DNA of 62,036 bases, filler included, from Kipferlia bialata (Eukaryota), in the NCBI GenBank assembly GCA_003568945.1. It is 4 parts of 4 records of this genome, joined end to end, with 100 filler letters (N's around TTAATTAATTAA, not from the genome) between each part and the next. Parts side by side here need not be neighbours in the genome. Positions count along the whole stretch, not along the records: positions 1 to 17,045 come from BDIP01000551.1; 3 more parts are not named here. One strand, written 5' to 3'. The first letter of the stretch is position 1. Every line of letters starts with the position of its first letter. A program made the position numbers and the translations under genes. The notes below the pieces were generated by a model that had not been told where the DNA came from, did not search any database, and was given only the letters and a program-made list of their open reading frames with translations. This document shows, in pieces, positions 1 to 13,682 of the stretch.

Positions 1-48
1 GGGCGGTGAAAGACCCAAACCCCCCCCCCCCCCCCCCCCCCCACCCCA

Positions 49-951
49 GACACCCTGTATGAGGAGCCCCACATAGCAGCGGTGGAGATGGAGGGTGAGG
101 CCATGGTGGTGTATGGACCTATCAATGCCTACGTTCCCGACCCCCCCCCCTATTCCTCTCTCTCTATGTGCATACCCTCTACCCCCCTCACCCAGGCACC
201 CCCTCCACCCCCTGCCCTGAGGCCAAGGCAGTGACTAAGACCCATCCCACCCCAGACACAGAGGGAGAGGCAGAGGGAGAGGGGAAGGAGGCCGCCAAGG
301 TGGGTGGTGTCTGTTGCATACCCATTCCTCCTCTCTGTGTAATGCGGAGTCTTACATTATATATATATATATATATATATATGTACCCATCCTGTGACCC
401 CAGGAGTCCAAGAAGGAGAGGCTGAGACGGGAGAGGGCCTCAGCAGATGGGGCCACATGGGTGCACCTGTACACCTGGTTCATGCCCAACACAGCAGAGT
501 GAGTGCATGTGTGTACATGTAGACACATATATATATATTTTAAGGTATGAGTTGTATACTGTTTTGTACACTACCCACCCCAGGTATCGTGTGCGTGTTG
601 CCTTCCAGGCCCCCCCAGTCAGGGGTGTCAAGGGGGAGAGGGGGCAGAGCGAGGAGGCCAGCCTCGACGTCACAAAGTGGGTCTCTCCAACTCTCTCCCT
701 CTCTCTCTCTCTATGTCTGTGTTGCCGTGATGTCTCTGACCCAGGTACTTCACCGAGAGGGGTGAGTTCATCGAGACGGCATTCACAGCAGACGTCAAGG
801 TGGGTGGGGGTGTATTTGTTTATTACCGCCAGCACTTGACTGGGTGTGTTATTTTGTTTTCTCATTCAAAGCACACCCCTCCTCTTCCTTACCCCAGGCC
901 CTTGTCTCTGGGTTCAAGTCAGCCCACATGGCCAAGGCCCACCAGCAGTAG
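49..951 (+). CDS. 3' part of a spliced gene, probable signal peptidase complex subunit 2 (SPC25/SPCS2-like); 5' end outside window
   Basis: Spliced C-terminus reads RYRVRVAF...SLDVTK|YFTERGEFIETAFTADVK|ALVSGFKSAHMAKAHQQ* (TAG 949-951). It resembles the SPCS2 C-terminal 'v..fF.e.G.....F...v..l' pattern, recognised from memory. Confidence 0.45.
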
Positions 952-1408
952 GCACCATAGCTAGTGGACAGGCTCCCTATATAGCAGAGGTGTCGAAGAT
1001 ACTCAGTTCACATAGAGATCTATGGGTATTGTGGCCATAATCACAGCTATGTATGTGTGCATGTGTCTTCAAGCAAGGCAGTGTGGGATGTTGGACATTA
1101 ATAGATGATGTCAGTCCATCAGATAGCATCTATGGGGGTGTGGAGGATAATACACACCAGCAGATATAGAGTCTATTGAATACATGTATCCTGGACATCA
1201 AGTAGAAGTGCAAGTGAGAGGGGTGCAGAGTCAAGGAACCGTTCAAACACTCCATTGGCCCAACTCTCCATTGTTCATAGTAGTCAGGAAGTAGGTGAGT
1301 GGGTGTGCACCCCCTTCTCTCAACCAGATCTATTGGTAGTACAGTTCAATCAATTTCTGACATAGGTTAACGTGGGAGACAGAGAGAGAGAGAGAGAGAG
1401 TTGACGGC

Positions 1409-3652
1409 ATGACCTACCTGGACTACCACCACGAGTGGCTGTTTGTGGCACGGGTTGTCAACTGCATCCTGCTCTCCATATGCTATGGTGTCACTAGAAG
1501 GCATGGGTCAGCCAAGGACACCAAGCGGTATCTCGGCTGGATACTGGCAATGTGAGTGATAGTATGTATATTCGACCCCCATCCAATCATTGGATTCCAA
1601 TGGGTGTGTTTTACTGGCCTCTCCCTTCCCTGTCATTGGTGCTGCTTTGTGCACTCATGCATGTACATCCCCCCCCCTCTCTCTCTCGCCCCCCCTCCCC
1701 CTCCCCTTCCCCCCAGGTACATCATCGCCGTTGTCGCTGCCTCCCTGTCCAACCTGGGTCTCTTCTCAGACGAGGCCATGTACAGGGTGCTGCCATACGA
1801 GGTACGCATACGCTGTGTCGGTATCCATGGTCAGTGTACGTGTGACTATATCTAACTGATGATGCCATCCAGAGTGCGTCTCTCTCCCTCTCTCTCTCCC
1901 TTTCTTAGCTCTTTATCACCCCCAAATGAATAGGTCAATTTTGTCATCTCCCCTCCCTCTCTCTCTGCATCTCTGCAATTGTCTTCACTCATTTACCGTA
2001 GGTGGGTAATACCATTCTCTCTCCTTCTTACCTCTCCATATACTTTCATACTCCAGACTCCTCTAATCTGTCTCAATCCATCAAAAGAATGTGTCGATGG
2101 AGTATGTCTCCTCCTACCCCAGGCGATTCTCGACCTCATCTGTTTCTCAGCCACTGTCTTTCTGCCTGTCTCACTCATGTTCCTGTATGTCCATGTGTTC
2201 AGAATCCTGCTCAACCCAAGGTGGACTGTCTCCCTTCCCTCTCTCTCTCTCTCTCCCCCTCTCTCTCACCCTAGCACAGTGAGGAAGGTGTACAAGGTGC
2301 TCCAGGTGTCAGGGCTAGTCTATTGTTGTTGCCTTCTAGGTACCATATGTGTTTGGACATATGTGCGTATGTACTCGGTCTTTGACTGTTAGCGCCGCAC
2401 AGACTGTAATCCCCTCTCCGTACTTCACTCTCTAGGTACCACACTCCTTTCCTGTCTGTACTTTATCATCTGTACTACTACCTAGCTGTCCCTCTCCCAC
2501 CCCTAGCCGTGGCCCTCTACCAGGGGGTGTACATGGCAGATGTACACAGACAGGGCTTCGAGTACTTCGTCCAGGTACGACATCAACGTCTCTCTCTTTC
2601 CTATATTCCATCACACAACTCTTTCCCTTCTAATACAATGAATATGTCTTTGACGCTCCTTCTGTCCGTGTTAGTTATATAGGTCTAGAGAGTCAACTTC
2701 TCATACATTGTTCCCTGTTACAGGTGTCTGGCCTCTCTTCCACCAGGTCCAGGACTCTGACCAGTTTGACAGGCACTACCATGGGGTATATAGCTGGTGC
2801 GTGTCAAGAGACTTGGTACATATACATACACCAAAGTACCAACTGTCACCAATCACCCTCAGGTATAGAGTACTCAGCAGCCTCGCCGTGTCCCAACTGT
2901 GAGTGGACTAGTGGCCATCTACAGCTGCATTACCCTATTTCATAACTCGTTACCCGTCCCATCTCCAATGCTTTCAAACACCCAGCGGATACTTGACGAC
3001 CACTCGTCGTATATTCAACATAGCCGATATTGGCAGATCTCCTTTGAACACAGCCTAACCATCCAGAACCTGCCTCTTAATAGGTCTGAAGTGGATCAAA
3101 CGGGGTTTTGAAACCAACCTAGACCACATGTGAGTGTACTTATTTACATATACCTTTTGGTACCAGGTCTTTCATATCCCTACCAGACCTGAGTGTATTT
3201 CCCTTAACACTGTCTGACCCCAGCCAGATGTCTGTGGCCACCAAGGACACTCCCACACCCACCCCGCTGACACCCCCACCCAGACGGGTGGTACTGAGCA
3301 AGCTGGACTTCATCACGTATGCATGCTCCGTGTACTGTGTGCTGTACCTAGGGGTGTCAGGGTCATACCTATTGAGGTGGGTATAACAACTGATAACATG
3401 TCACATGTAGACTTCAGTGGATCAGTCTCACACTTGACCGTCTACAGCAATCAAGTATGTTAGTGTTGCGGACGTAGTCTCCACAGCCTCCCTCTTGATA
3501 CCCTCACTGTCAGTAATAGCATCCCCCCCAACTTCTACCGATACATCCTTGTCCCCTGCACGTGGCTAGATGGGGCGATGCTGGCAGTGGTCATACTACC
3601 CGCATACAAGGGAAAGGGGAAGGGGGGGCAGAGGCGGGGTACTGCTGTGTAG
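1409..3652 (+). CDS. Multi-exon multi-pass membrane protein, 7TM/GPCR-like
   Basis: ATG 1409 MTYLDYHHEWLFVARVVNCILLSICYG; hydrophobic exons YIIAVVAASLSNLGLF, AILDLICFSATVFLPVSLMFLYVHVF, VLQVSGLVYCCCLL, FITYACSVYCVLYLGVSG; last exon YRYILVPCTWLDGAMLAVVILPAYK...TAV* (TAG 3650-3652). Confidence 0.65.
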
Positions 3653-3857
3653 GAATAGAGTGTAATAGTAATACACCAATACTTGTGACGACCACTAGTT
3701 GTGTCTCTTTAATCAAGTTGATTTAATGAGAAGCAATATAGATAATACGGGTATGATACTCTCTATGAAAACACAGAGACTCTCTGTGGGAGTCTCAACA
3801 AGTTACAGGAAAGGCATAGCCATCCAGGTGATTATGTTCCGGCTCCGCCCCCTCTAC

Positions 3858-6001
3858 CTAGACCGAGGTGGTGACGCCCCTCTTCTTGGCCTGGGACAGT
3901 GAGTGATACAGTGAGTGTGACAATGCAAATATACATCCCATGTATATAGAGTATATAGAGTAAGTGTGACACAAGACAATAACAGTGAAAAGTGCATATC
4001 AGATCAGCGTATATAGAGTTACTCTCCATATACCTTAGACGGTCTGAGCGGGTAGTACACCAGTGACATACACGTGTACTGTAGTACTGTGCCCACATCT
4101 AATAGCCACATCTGTGATGCCAGCGCACCCACCAGTGCTAGCACCGTGATACCAGCCGTACACACCACAATGACAGTGTACAGCCAGGGGAGGATGGCCA
4201 TCTTGTTTAGGGATCTACGCCTCTTGACACCACTTACCCCCATACTCCTGGCCTGCAGGGTACGTGTTGTCATCCTCCTCAGGAGGGCGATGGATGCCAC
4301 GACAAAGGCCATGAGGGCTAGGCATAGGGTGCCCAGGATACCCACATAGACGGCCCAGACCTACGCTGGTCAGAGATGCTGAGAGAATATACAAATTATG
4401 GGTGGACGTCAGAGAGAGAGGGGGGGGGGGGGGAAGCGCCCGTACCAGATCTGTGTGCCCATAGAACATGTCCAGGGTGAATCTATCCAGACCCCCTCTG
4501 TACATATCTCTGTAGACCAGGGTGTCCCAAGCATATACACACAGGGCGGCAAGGGTGAGGGCACACGATGATACCTGTGGTGAAGGCAAGAGTAGTGGTA
4601 CACAGAACAATACATGCCGTCACTTTCAATCGAGATGACGTATAAAGCACATGGTATAATGCATCATTCTATTTGAGGAAATGAAAATGGACTATAGTCA
4701 CTTTAGTGTATGAACTAGTACAGTACCGCTCACCTTGACCAGCCGTGTCATGAACCTGAATGCCTTGGGGGACACAACACCCCGGAACACCTGGGGTCGG
4801 GGGGAGGGATATCCAGAGGAGTAGAGCACACGTGTGTACCCACATGTATAAACATATGGATGTACGGGGGGGGGGGGGATCACTACCGATGTGTATTATG
4901 TATTTAAGTTGTCTCCACGTACCTGCACGTATACGACTATGAGTGGGAGTGACGTGTACACTTCCATACAAGTGGCGCAGAGGGTGATGGTGGATCGGTA
5001 GGGGAGAAGCTGGGTGAGGAATGGAAACAGAGGGAGAGAGAGAGGTACCACTGTACTTATGGGGAGTGGGCGAAGACACAGAAAGAATGGGGAGTCATGA
5101 CCACCCAAATGGGGGAGAGACGGAGTGGCTAGTTTACTATATCAATCAGCACACCTCAAATAGGACCTCCACGGGTATCTGCCTGGCCCAGTGTGATGTG
5201 TCTATCCTACTAGAGATCCAATAGACATAGGTACTGTAAACACAACCCCCTATGAGGCTGAGGGCTAGGGCAGCTGGGGGTAAGTGTATCAAGATATGCA
5301 TGGACGGGAGAGAGAGAGAAAGAGAGAGAGAGAATACATTCCCCCTATGAGGCTGAGGGCAAGGACAGCTGGGGGTGAGGGATGTGTATCAGTATATATA
5401 GATGTATATATATGTATATATCTATATATATGTATATGGGGGAGGGGAGAGAGAGAGAGAGAGAAAACGGACAGTCGTCTATGAGACTGAGACCAGCTGT
5501 GAGTATGTAGATATACGGGATACTACAAGTGGACATATTGATAGAGGAGACATATTCGTGAAGAGAGAGAATGAGAGGAGAGAGAGGGGGGGGATGGGGG
5601 GGATAGCTTGGGGATAGTCTATTAGCATACGTATATATAGAGAGGGGGGGAGGGACATTACATATAAGGTTAAGTGGATGGGCAGCTAAATGTATGGAGT
5701 GTCCTTGACAAGTAGTATATAATAGTGTATCAGAATGGGCACTGGATGAGAAGATGGTAGCGGGACGGGAACAAGCCAATACACTCTATGTATGTTGGTA
5801 CCAGAGACACAGAGACGGACACCTACCTGTCATGCCGTACAGACTGGCCCTGCCCCACGGGTTGTCCCTCCTGTGTCTGTGCATTTGGACGTAGGAGAAG
5901 GTCTCGGCACACATCCCCACCACCTTCACTCTCTCATACACCAGGCAGGCCAGGGTGAACACATCCATGGCTGAGAGGAGAAGACAGACGGAAGTGGACA
6001 A
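3858..6001 (-). CDS. Multi-exon multi-pass membrane protein, 7TM-like; convergent with the previous gene
   Basis: Starts MSTSVCLLLSAMDVFTLACLVYER. Later exons include VSSCALTLAALCVYAWDTL and GILGTLCLALMAFVVASIALLRR...MAILPWLYTVIVVCTAGITVLALVG...YTCMSLVYYPLRPSK|AKKRGVTTSV*. Confidence 0.65.
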
Positions 6002-6209
6002 TTTGCGTAGTATCTTTTCATGTGTTTTACCAGAATGTGACTAAGCAAAGTTTCCCACTACACGATATGACTCAGTCTACATATCTATATCGACACAACC
6101 CACAGTCTCCAGTATGGTTTCCTGGACTGGGATCCTACACTCTCTCACTCACACTAATGGGACCCTTTCAGTCCGGATTCCACCTCCCTCCACCTCTCTC
6201 TCCCCCAGT

Positions 6210-8056
6210 CTAGAACGTGACCCATGTCTGGCTGCCCCCTGTGCTCCACACAGGCTGGTCATGCACCTGGAGTGGGATGGAGTGGTGAGCAAGCGAGAGA
6301 TACTACCAATGTATACAAGGTAGACATAGGAGCCCTTGAACATGGGGACACACGTGCGTAAAGTGTCTCGTCATCTGTACCTGCACCCTCTCTCTGTCTG
6401 TCCCCATCCCCATCTCTATCTCTGTCTCTAGGGGTGCCTGGGGGAAGCCATCCATGATCTGCTTGGCCTGGTATGAGTGGGTGTAAAGATGGGTTGAACA
6501 GAGAGTTATGAACATTCACTCTGTAGTACAGTATAGGTACTATATGTACAACAAGGGGAATACATGTGTATACTACCTACCTGTCCACTAGATGGACTGA
6601 GTGCCTCCTGGCCCTTGGTGTAAAGGGCATCCCGGATGGAGAGAGAGAGGGGGCGCTTGACCTGGGAGGTGAGGGGGGGTGGGACAGTGTGACTAAGTAC
6701 TACTATAGCCTATCAATGGCCAGACAATGCAGGACAGAGCACCAAACTAAACCACAACTGCCACCCCTATCCATGTATACCCGTCCCCACCTGCACACTA
6801 GACGGGCTAGTGTTGAGCAGGGTGTCGTCCTGCAGGGGGGTGTCGGCCTCAACGCTCTTGGTCCTGGGGTCAGGGGGTGGGTACTGTTAGTGACTATATA
6901 CATTGCAACATATTCATGACGCGATCATTGGTACCTGTATTCCTAACAGTTAGAGCGAAAAGAAATAGTTGTTCGAGACAAATAAAGACGCTGTACCGGT
7001 CAGGTTACCATTGCTAGTACCCTGTTACACAGCTTGGTACCTGGGTACCCTCTTGAGACCCTGGTGCTCCCCTGTCTGGACGCTGGCTGGATGGTAAGGA
7101 GGGGAGGGAGAGGGACATACATATATACATTGGTCATCGATACAGAGAGAGAGAGAGTACCTGTGAATATGTCGATGTCCCTCTCACTCTCCATCATGAC
7201 CCCATACAGACAGGGGCCGTCTAGGAGCAGCACGTGCCTGGGGGTCAGCATGGTCATAGAAATAGAAAGATCATGTTGGAATGTGACGCACCAGCACCCC
7301 TTGCCCACAGCCACTGTCTGACTGCTGTACTCCACACTGCATATCTCACCCTCCCCCATACCCCACTCCACAAAGTCAGAGAGGGAGGACGGGATGGAGG
7401 GGGAGGGGGAGGTGGGGGGTGGGGTCCTGGGGTGAGGGTGGGAGAGGGAGAGAGAAGCTGTTGACATGGCTTTATGAGGCGAGAGATACAGTGACTACTG
7501 CATATAGTATATGTATATGTATATGCTGAGATACCCCTACCTGTAGAGAGTGAGTGTGGGTGCACATGAGCACCCACTGTATGTGGCATCACGGGCACAG
7601 GCAGGGTGGGACGTGACCTGGGGTTAGGGGGTACTGATAGTGTGGCAGAGAGTGGCTAGAATCTAGCCACTAGATCAAGAGAGTCAATGGCACTAGGAGA
7701 AACAATATAGTCTATGGAATAGAGGGCTGCACATGTAGCTACACGATAGAAGAGCGAAAGAGTTGTTTGAATACGTGTTAGTGAAAGTGAATGAATATGA
7801 TCCACAAGAAGACACACACTACAGACTCCACGTGACTCCAACCGCATATGGTGCCAGTATATAGAATGCCCTCACCTTTATAGACCCCCTCTCACACACC
7901 ACCTCCCACTGTGCAGTGGAGACCCCGTCTGCCACAGAGGCCAGACACACAGAACAAGGCAGGTGGGACTGGGGGTGAGGGGTAGTGGAAGTATCACCAC
8001 GCTCACTCAATGGAATACGCGTGACTGACGGCTCATACCTTAGTTGTGGTTTTCAT
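6210..8056 (-). CDS. Hypothetical multi-exon protein
   Basis: MKTTTK|SHLPCSVCLASVADGVSTAQWEVVCERGSIK| ... AKQIMDGFPQAPLETEIEMG ... VHDQPVWSTGGSQTWVTF*, with canonical GT donors and CCCCAG acceptors. No family recognised. Confidence 0.5.
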
Positions 8057-8454
8057 CAACACTGTGAGTGGCGCTATATGCTAGGTTGTGTGTAAGATCG
8101 TCGGTGTCTAGAGAGCTGTGTCACTGCGGGTCATAGCCGAGGTACATATCTACAGTTTGGACATGAGTCACTGTAGTATCCAAGGAATGGGGCGAGCACT
8201 ACTGGTGACAAGCTGTAGAGTGTGGAGTGTACAGTCTCTGGAACACGAAGTTCAGACCTGCATGTCACTGTTGTGACAAGCATTTCCAGTGAGACACCTA
8301 TTAGCGCAGAACTTCATCCATCTATTCTCCGAGAGCACTGGCAATGCCAGTCTGGCATACCGTCTCTTGAGTCTCTAAAGACCAGTCGTCATTGTTGTTG
8401 TGCCCTATATACCAGCTCCAACTACTGTAGGTCCCCTCCCCTCTCACTCCCTCT

Positions 8455-10123
8455 CTACCCCAATGGCAGCCACGTAGCTGACAGAGGTCTCCCTGTCACT
8501 GGTGGTCAGAGACAGTACACACTCTAGTATCGCACTGATACACAATATATACACACATACTACCAGACACCCACCTTGTGATGTTCCCAGACTGTGCATA
8601 CTTCAGCATGGAAACAGATATGGGGATGCCTGGGGTTAGATAGAGTGTCACTGGGCACATATACACTTGGAGTACAATACATATACCACCCACCTGCTGT
8701 CTCGAATGTCTTGAGCACCAGGCTGATGGGGAACCTGCCGCAGATGGTGTTGTGGGTGGAGGCCATGTACGAGGCAAAGGGGGCAGACCCACCCCTGGGG
8801 TCAGAAGGGTTAGAAAGAGAGAGAGCGTCTCCCTCGGTATCCACTGATATGTATATATGCACTCCCCCCCACTTGATTGCCTCCACCCCGGCCATGTCCA
8901 GGTCCTGTATCTGGGTGTGCAGGGGCCTCTGGTCTCTGACCACCCCGGCATCCTCAAGGGTGTAGCCAAAGCGGGCACCTGGGGTGAAGGGGTAATACTG
9001 GTGTCTATCTTGTTAGCAAAAGTGTATACGCCTTGAAATCTCCGTGCCCACACACATACCGTAGTGGTAGATCAGAGATCTACACATACTCATAGTCAAT
9101 TACCATACCGTAGTGGCAGAAGTCTGATGACACGACCCACAGGTTGGTGGGGTCCTTGGCCAGGGTGGACAGATACTCAGCAGCGGTGGCTACAGAGGCC
9201 TGGTCGTCCTGGGGGTGAGGGTGTGGGTGGGGGGTACAGTGCCTATATCAATATTGAATACGTATTCTACAATATATACTGGCAGACAGAAGGGGAGAGT
9301 ACAGTGACTCAACCCCTATACATCTATCTGTCTCCCCCCACCTGGAATGACACAATCATGGGCAGGATGGGCATGTCTGACCCCAGGACAGCATGCACAA
9401 AGGGCAGCATCAGCTGGGGGTGGGGGGTCAATACATACTCAGTAGTATGCATCGGAGGGAGAGGTATTGGTATTGGATGCACAATAGTATATATATACAC
9501 ATAGTATATACAAACACTGGCTACACCGTACCTCCAGGTCGTGCTCTGCCTCGTCGGCTGTGTTCTCATTCCACCTAGGGGTGAGGATCAGTGCCACTGA
9601 TCATGATAGAGAGAGCTTGAATACGTAGACAGTGTATATAGGTATAGGGAGAGTAATAACAAGTAGTATTCTAAGGATTCCATTCATATACTTGTACACA
9701 CAAAGACATATATGTTCACACATATATACCTGGCCACGCTGCACCCCTCCACCACCTCCTTGGCCAGTGTAGTGTCCACCTGCAGGGCACCACCTGGGGT
9801 GGGGGATGTATATGATAGAATGGACACTATATTCACCTTTACAATATACATATGCACCTGACATACAACAGCTAGTGTAGGGACCAGGGCACAACCATAT
9901 ATATATGATATGTTATACCCACCCGGTGTGTTCCACTCCTTGAAGCGTGTCACCAGCAGTCCCCTCTGGTGGGACACGTGGTTGGGGCCTAGCAGGATGA
10001 CACGGCGGAACATGGGGGGTGAGGGGTGTAGCTGTATATAGCTGTACCTTTGAACACACACACATATATAATCATATATTCTCTCTCTTTCATACACACA
10101 TAAATATACACGCATATATATAC

Positions 10124-10159
<36 letters not shown>

Positions 10160-10579
10160 TCATAATACGTACTGGTCCTTGGGAATGGCAGCAAAGGAGT
10201 GTCCAGCCACAGGGCCAGAGTAGGAGTAGCCTGGGGAGGGAGTGGGGAGTTAGAGAGAGAGAGAGAAAGTGAGAGAGAGATAGACACACTGTGCATGGTG
10301 GCCAAAGAGCACCTCGAGATATATGAATCAATATACATACATGTTATATTAGAGGAGGGAAAGAGAAGATATATATATACTAGACAGGCTTAGACAATGA
10401 GAGAGACAACCAGGGGGGGGAGAATGGGAGAGATGACTGTAGTGTGTACTACACTCCTCTTGAAGGAGAGAGAATGAATAGAAACGTTGGACACAGTGAA
10501 GCAAGCTGGAAGGATATAACACCAGTCCCTACCTGCATGGGGTGCAATCAGGAACCTGAGGTTGGGCACCTCCTGACAG

Positions 10580-10623
<44 letters not shown>

Positions 10624-10877
10624 TGTAGACACATTCTCTCTGCCACACACACACTCCCCCCCACCTCCTGCCCACTGGATGTGAGGTACTTGGCCACATC
10701 TCTGGCACAGTCCACACCGTTGGGGTACCACGTGCCTGGAGGTGAGGGGAGGGGCACATAGATGTACAAACACTGTATACAATGCCTTTCCCTCGTGTGC
10801 CTCTGAGGTTATCAAGCAAGGTATCAGGACTAAGAGAGAGTACCTGCGTGGGTGGCTGCTCTGTACTGGGGTACCAT
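8455..10877 (-). CDS. MEMO1: Protein MEMO1 (AmmeMemoRadiSam protein B family)
   Basis: Family motifs in order: YRAATHAG|TWYP, LRFLIAPHAG|YSYSG, RVILLGPNH, QLMLPFV, VSSDFCHYG, HNTICGRFPI, YAQSG, TSVSYVA. Confidence 0.92.
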
Positions 10878-11152
10878 CTCTCTCTCTGTCTGTCTCTCTA
10901 CTCTTAGGAACGGTGGCTGTTGAGAGCAGCATCTGTTTTTCTCAACTCGATTGAGAGTAAGGGTTGACTCAGCCTGAGAAGAGACTATCTCTCCACTCCT
11001 ATGGTTAGCACATCTATGCATCCTACGATGGTTGTGGAGGAGTGTGACGCTGAGGTGTCATGATGCCACTCTCTTTCGGACACCCACGTGTATCACACCA
11101 TTCAATCTCGCCACTGACAGAGAGAGAGACTTCACCAAACACTCTTGAAGAG

Positions 11153-13425
11153 ATGGGAGGAGGGATGGGTATGTACACGAGGGCGCCCCCCCTGCAGGGT
11201 AGGAGAAGGAGAAGGTATGCATCCACCCTCCGGGTACACGTATGTATACACATGTGTATCAGACCCATGTGTATATGTCGCTCAGCTCCAGATTCATCCT
11301 CAGGCGGTACCCTGTGTATGCTGAGTCTGAGTCTGATCTGGAGGACCTGTACCCTGAGTGGGTCAATGAGAGGGAGAGGGCGATAGAGAGGGAGAGAGAG
11401 GCAGCACTCACTGTCGGAGCAGGTAGGGATAGACCTATTTCTCGAGTAACACATATACTCATACACTTGCATAAACTTAGCGTCTAGGCCCACTCTCCTA
11501 GTTCTCTCTCTTCCTCCCTCTGGTCCTGTCTACCCATATACTGTATATGATATACATGTAACCCCAGGCACCTCCTCCCTCCCTGCCCCTCTCTTCTCTG
11601 CCCCCATCAGAAGTGGTGCCAAGAGGATAGTGCTCTGTGGGCCACCAGGGTCTGGGAAGGTATGGTGACATATAAGATTCATTATCCTCACCCAGAGACC
11701 CCCTAATAGATATAATGCCCACTGCTATCACACCTTTGGCGTGTAATAATGCAGATATCAATCCATATTCTGCTAGTATCCCACGCCAGGGCACTGTGTC
11801 CCCTGCCCTCATAGCGGCATACGGCATGGTGCACATAGCACCAGGTACAGGGGATAGTAATGTGTTACACTACTAGTGTGTCTATAGAGTTTCACCGTAC
11901 CCATAGGCCCCCACCCTCAGGTGACATGCTCCGAGAGAATGTGCAGAACAACACACCCCTGGGTAGGAAGGTAAGATCCCGACTGGTAATGCTCTATAAC
12001 AGATTACCCTACATGGAATGGAAGGTATATGTCTGTAACAGCACCTGTACTCATTCTCTGTCTGCGTCTCTCTCGGTATATCCAGCCCCTGTACTGTCTC
12101 ACCCCATGCCTCTGCCTTCATGGAGAGTGGGGACCTGGTACCAGACGACATCATCATACAGATGGTGCTGGGTGAGTGTATATATATGAATTGAACCCAG
12201 CTGGCCTCTCATCATCTCTCAGATAGTGTATCTCTGATCCATGAATACGTATATAACATATTCTTGTAATGTAGCACTATCCATGTTACATACTCACCAG
12301 CAGACCGCCTTGACAGACCTGATGTGGCCATGCATGGGTTCATACTCGACGGGTTCCCAAGGTGTATTCCAACTACCTAGAGAATGCTGGTCAATGTAAC
12401 ATAGTGATATTACAGTGTACTCTGCCCTCACCCCCAGGAACGTGGCCTATACTGGTCAGTGTAGCATAGTACCATTATCTTTGTCTACTGCCCCCACCCC
12501 CAGGAACGTGTCTCAGGCCCACTGTCTCCTGGACGCAGGCATAGTCCCCACACACGTGTTGGTGCTGGAGGTGGGTGAAAGTGACGCTCCAACACTCTAT
12601 CACTATGTCTACTCGGCTGGCTACCTGACCCCCAGATCCCCGAGCCTGAGGTTGTGCGTAGACTGGGGGGCAGACTGGTGGACCCACAGACTGGGGACAC
12701 ATACCACAGAGAGTGAGGGCGTGATAGTGTATATTCAGAGAAGGAGTCATTCACATACTCTATTCTCTCCTCCACATATATATGACAGTGTAGCTGACAG
12801 AGCCCTATTCCCTCTCTCTCTCCATCCACTCAGCCCAGGTTCCGCCCCCCACCCCCTGGCCCCATCTCTGACAGGTGCACCACCAGGCCTGACGACACTA
12901 TGGACAGTATCAGACACAGACTCAGGGTGTACAGGGGTAGGGATATATCAACCATATTGAAGTATAATAGGGCCAAATAACTATAGTGTAGAGTCTACCC
13001 CCAACCCCAGCCACCACCCACCCCGTTGTCTCTGTCTTTGAGAGGCATGACTGCAACGTGTCCCCTGAGATCATTCGGTGGGTGTCTACCATATATGCCT
13101 AGTAGGCATTGCCTACCCATATAAATTCTACTATCGGATCACACTAGTGAATGTCACAGTGCCCATATCCTCTCACCTCAGGGTTGATGCCTCCCTAGCC
13201 CCCTCTGACGTCGCCCAGTCCTGTCTAGCAGCACTCCTGCCACCAGCAGAGAGAGAGGCAGAGAGAGAGAGGCTGGCTGCTCTCAAGGAGAAGGGAGAGA
13301 AGGAGAGGGCAGAGACTGAGAGACTGCGTGCTGAGAGAGAGAGAGTCAGCAAGGAGAGAGAGTGGAAGGCTGCTGCTGAGGGGGCTGGCTTGGGGTCACT
13401 CAACGACACCCTGGCTCATGTGTGA
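11153..13425 (+). CDS. Adenylate kinase with N-terminal extension and charged C-terminal tail
   Basis: P-loop RIVLCGPPGSGK|GT, HIAPG|DMLRENVQNNTPLGRK, FMESGDLVPDDIII, GFILDGFPR, RLGGRLVDPQTGDTYH, TRPDDT, VDAS; stop TGA at 13425. Confidence 0.92.
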
Positions 13426-13682
13426 GCAACTACTCTCACTTTACACTGCTATGTCTCCATATACGAGTATGTTGGAATGCTCCTGACTCATAAATGAAAT
13501 AGAAACCATCCCTGATAGAGTTGAGGTCTTTGCAAATACATATACATCCACATCCCACTGAGATCGGATACAGGATGGTATCTATTCTGATCCACCCAGG
13601 CACCCTCCCCACACTCTCTCCTTCTTACTGATACAATGTAAATACACGTTCGAACTACACCAACTGATACCTCTCTCCCTCT

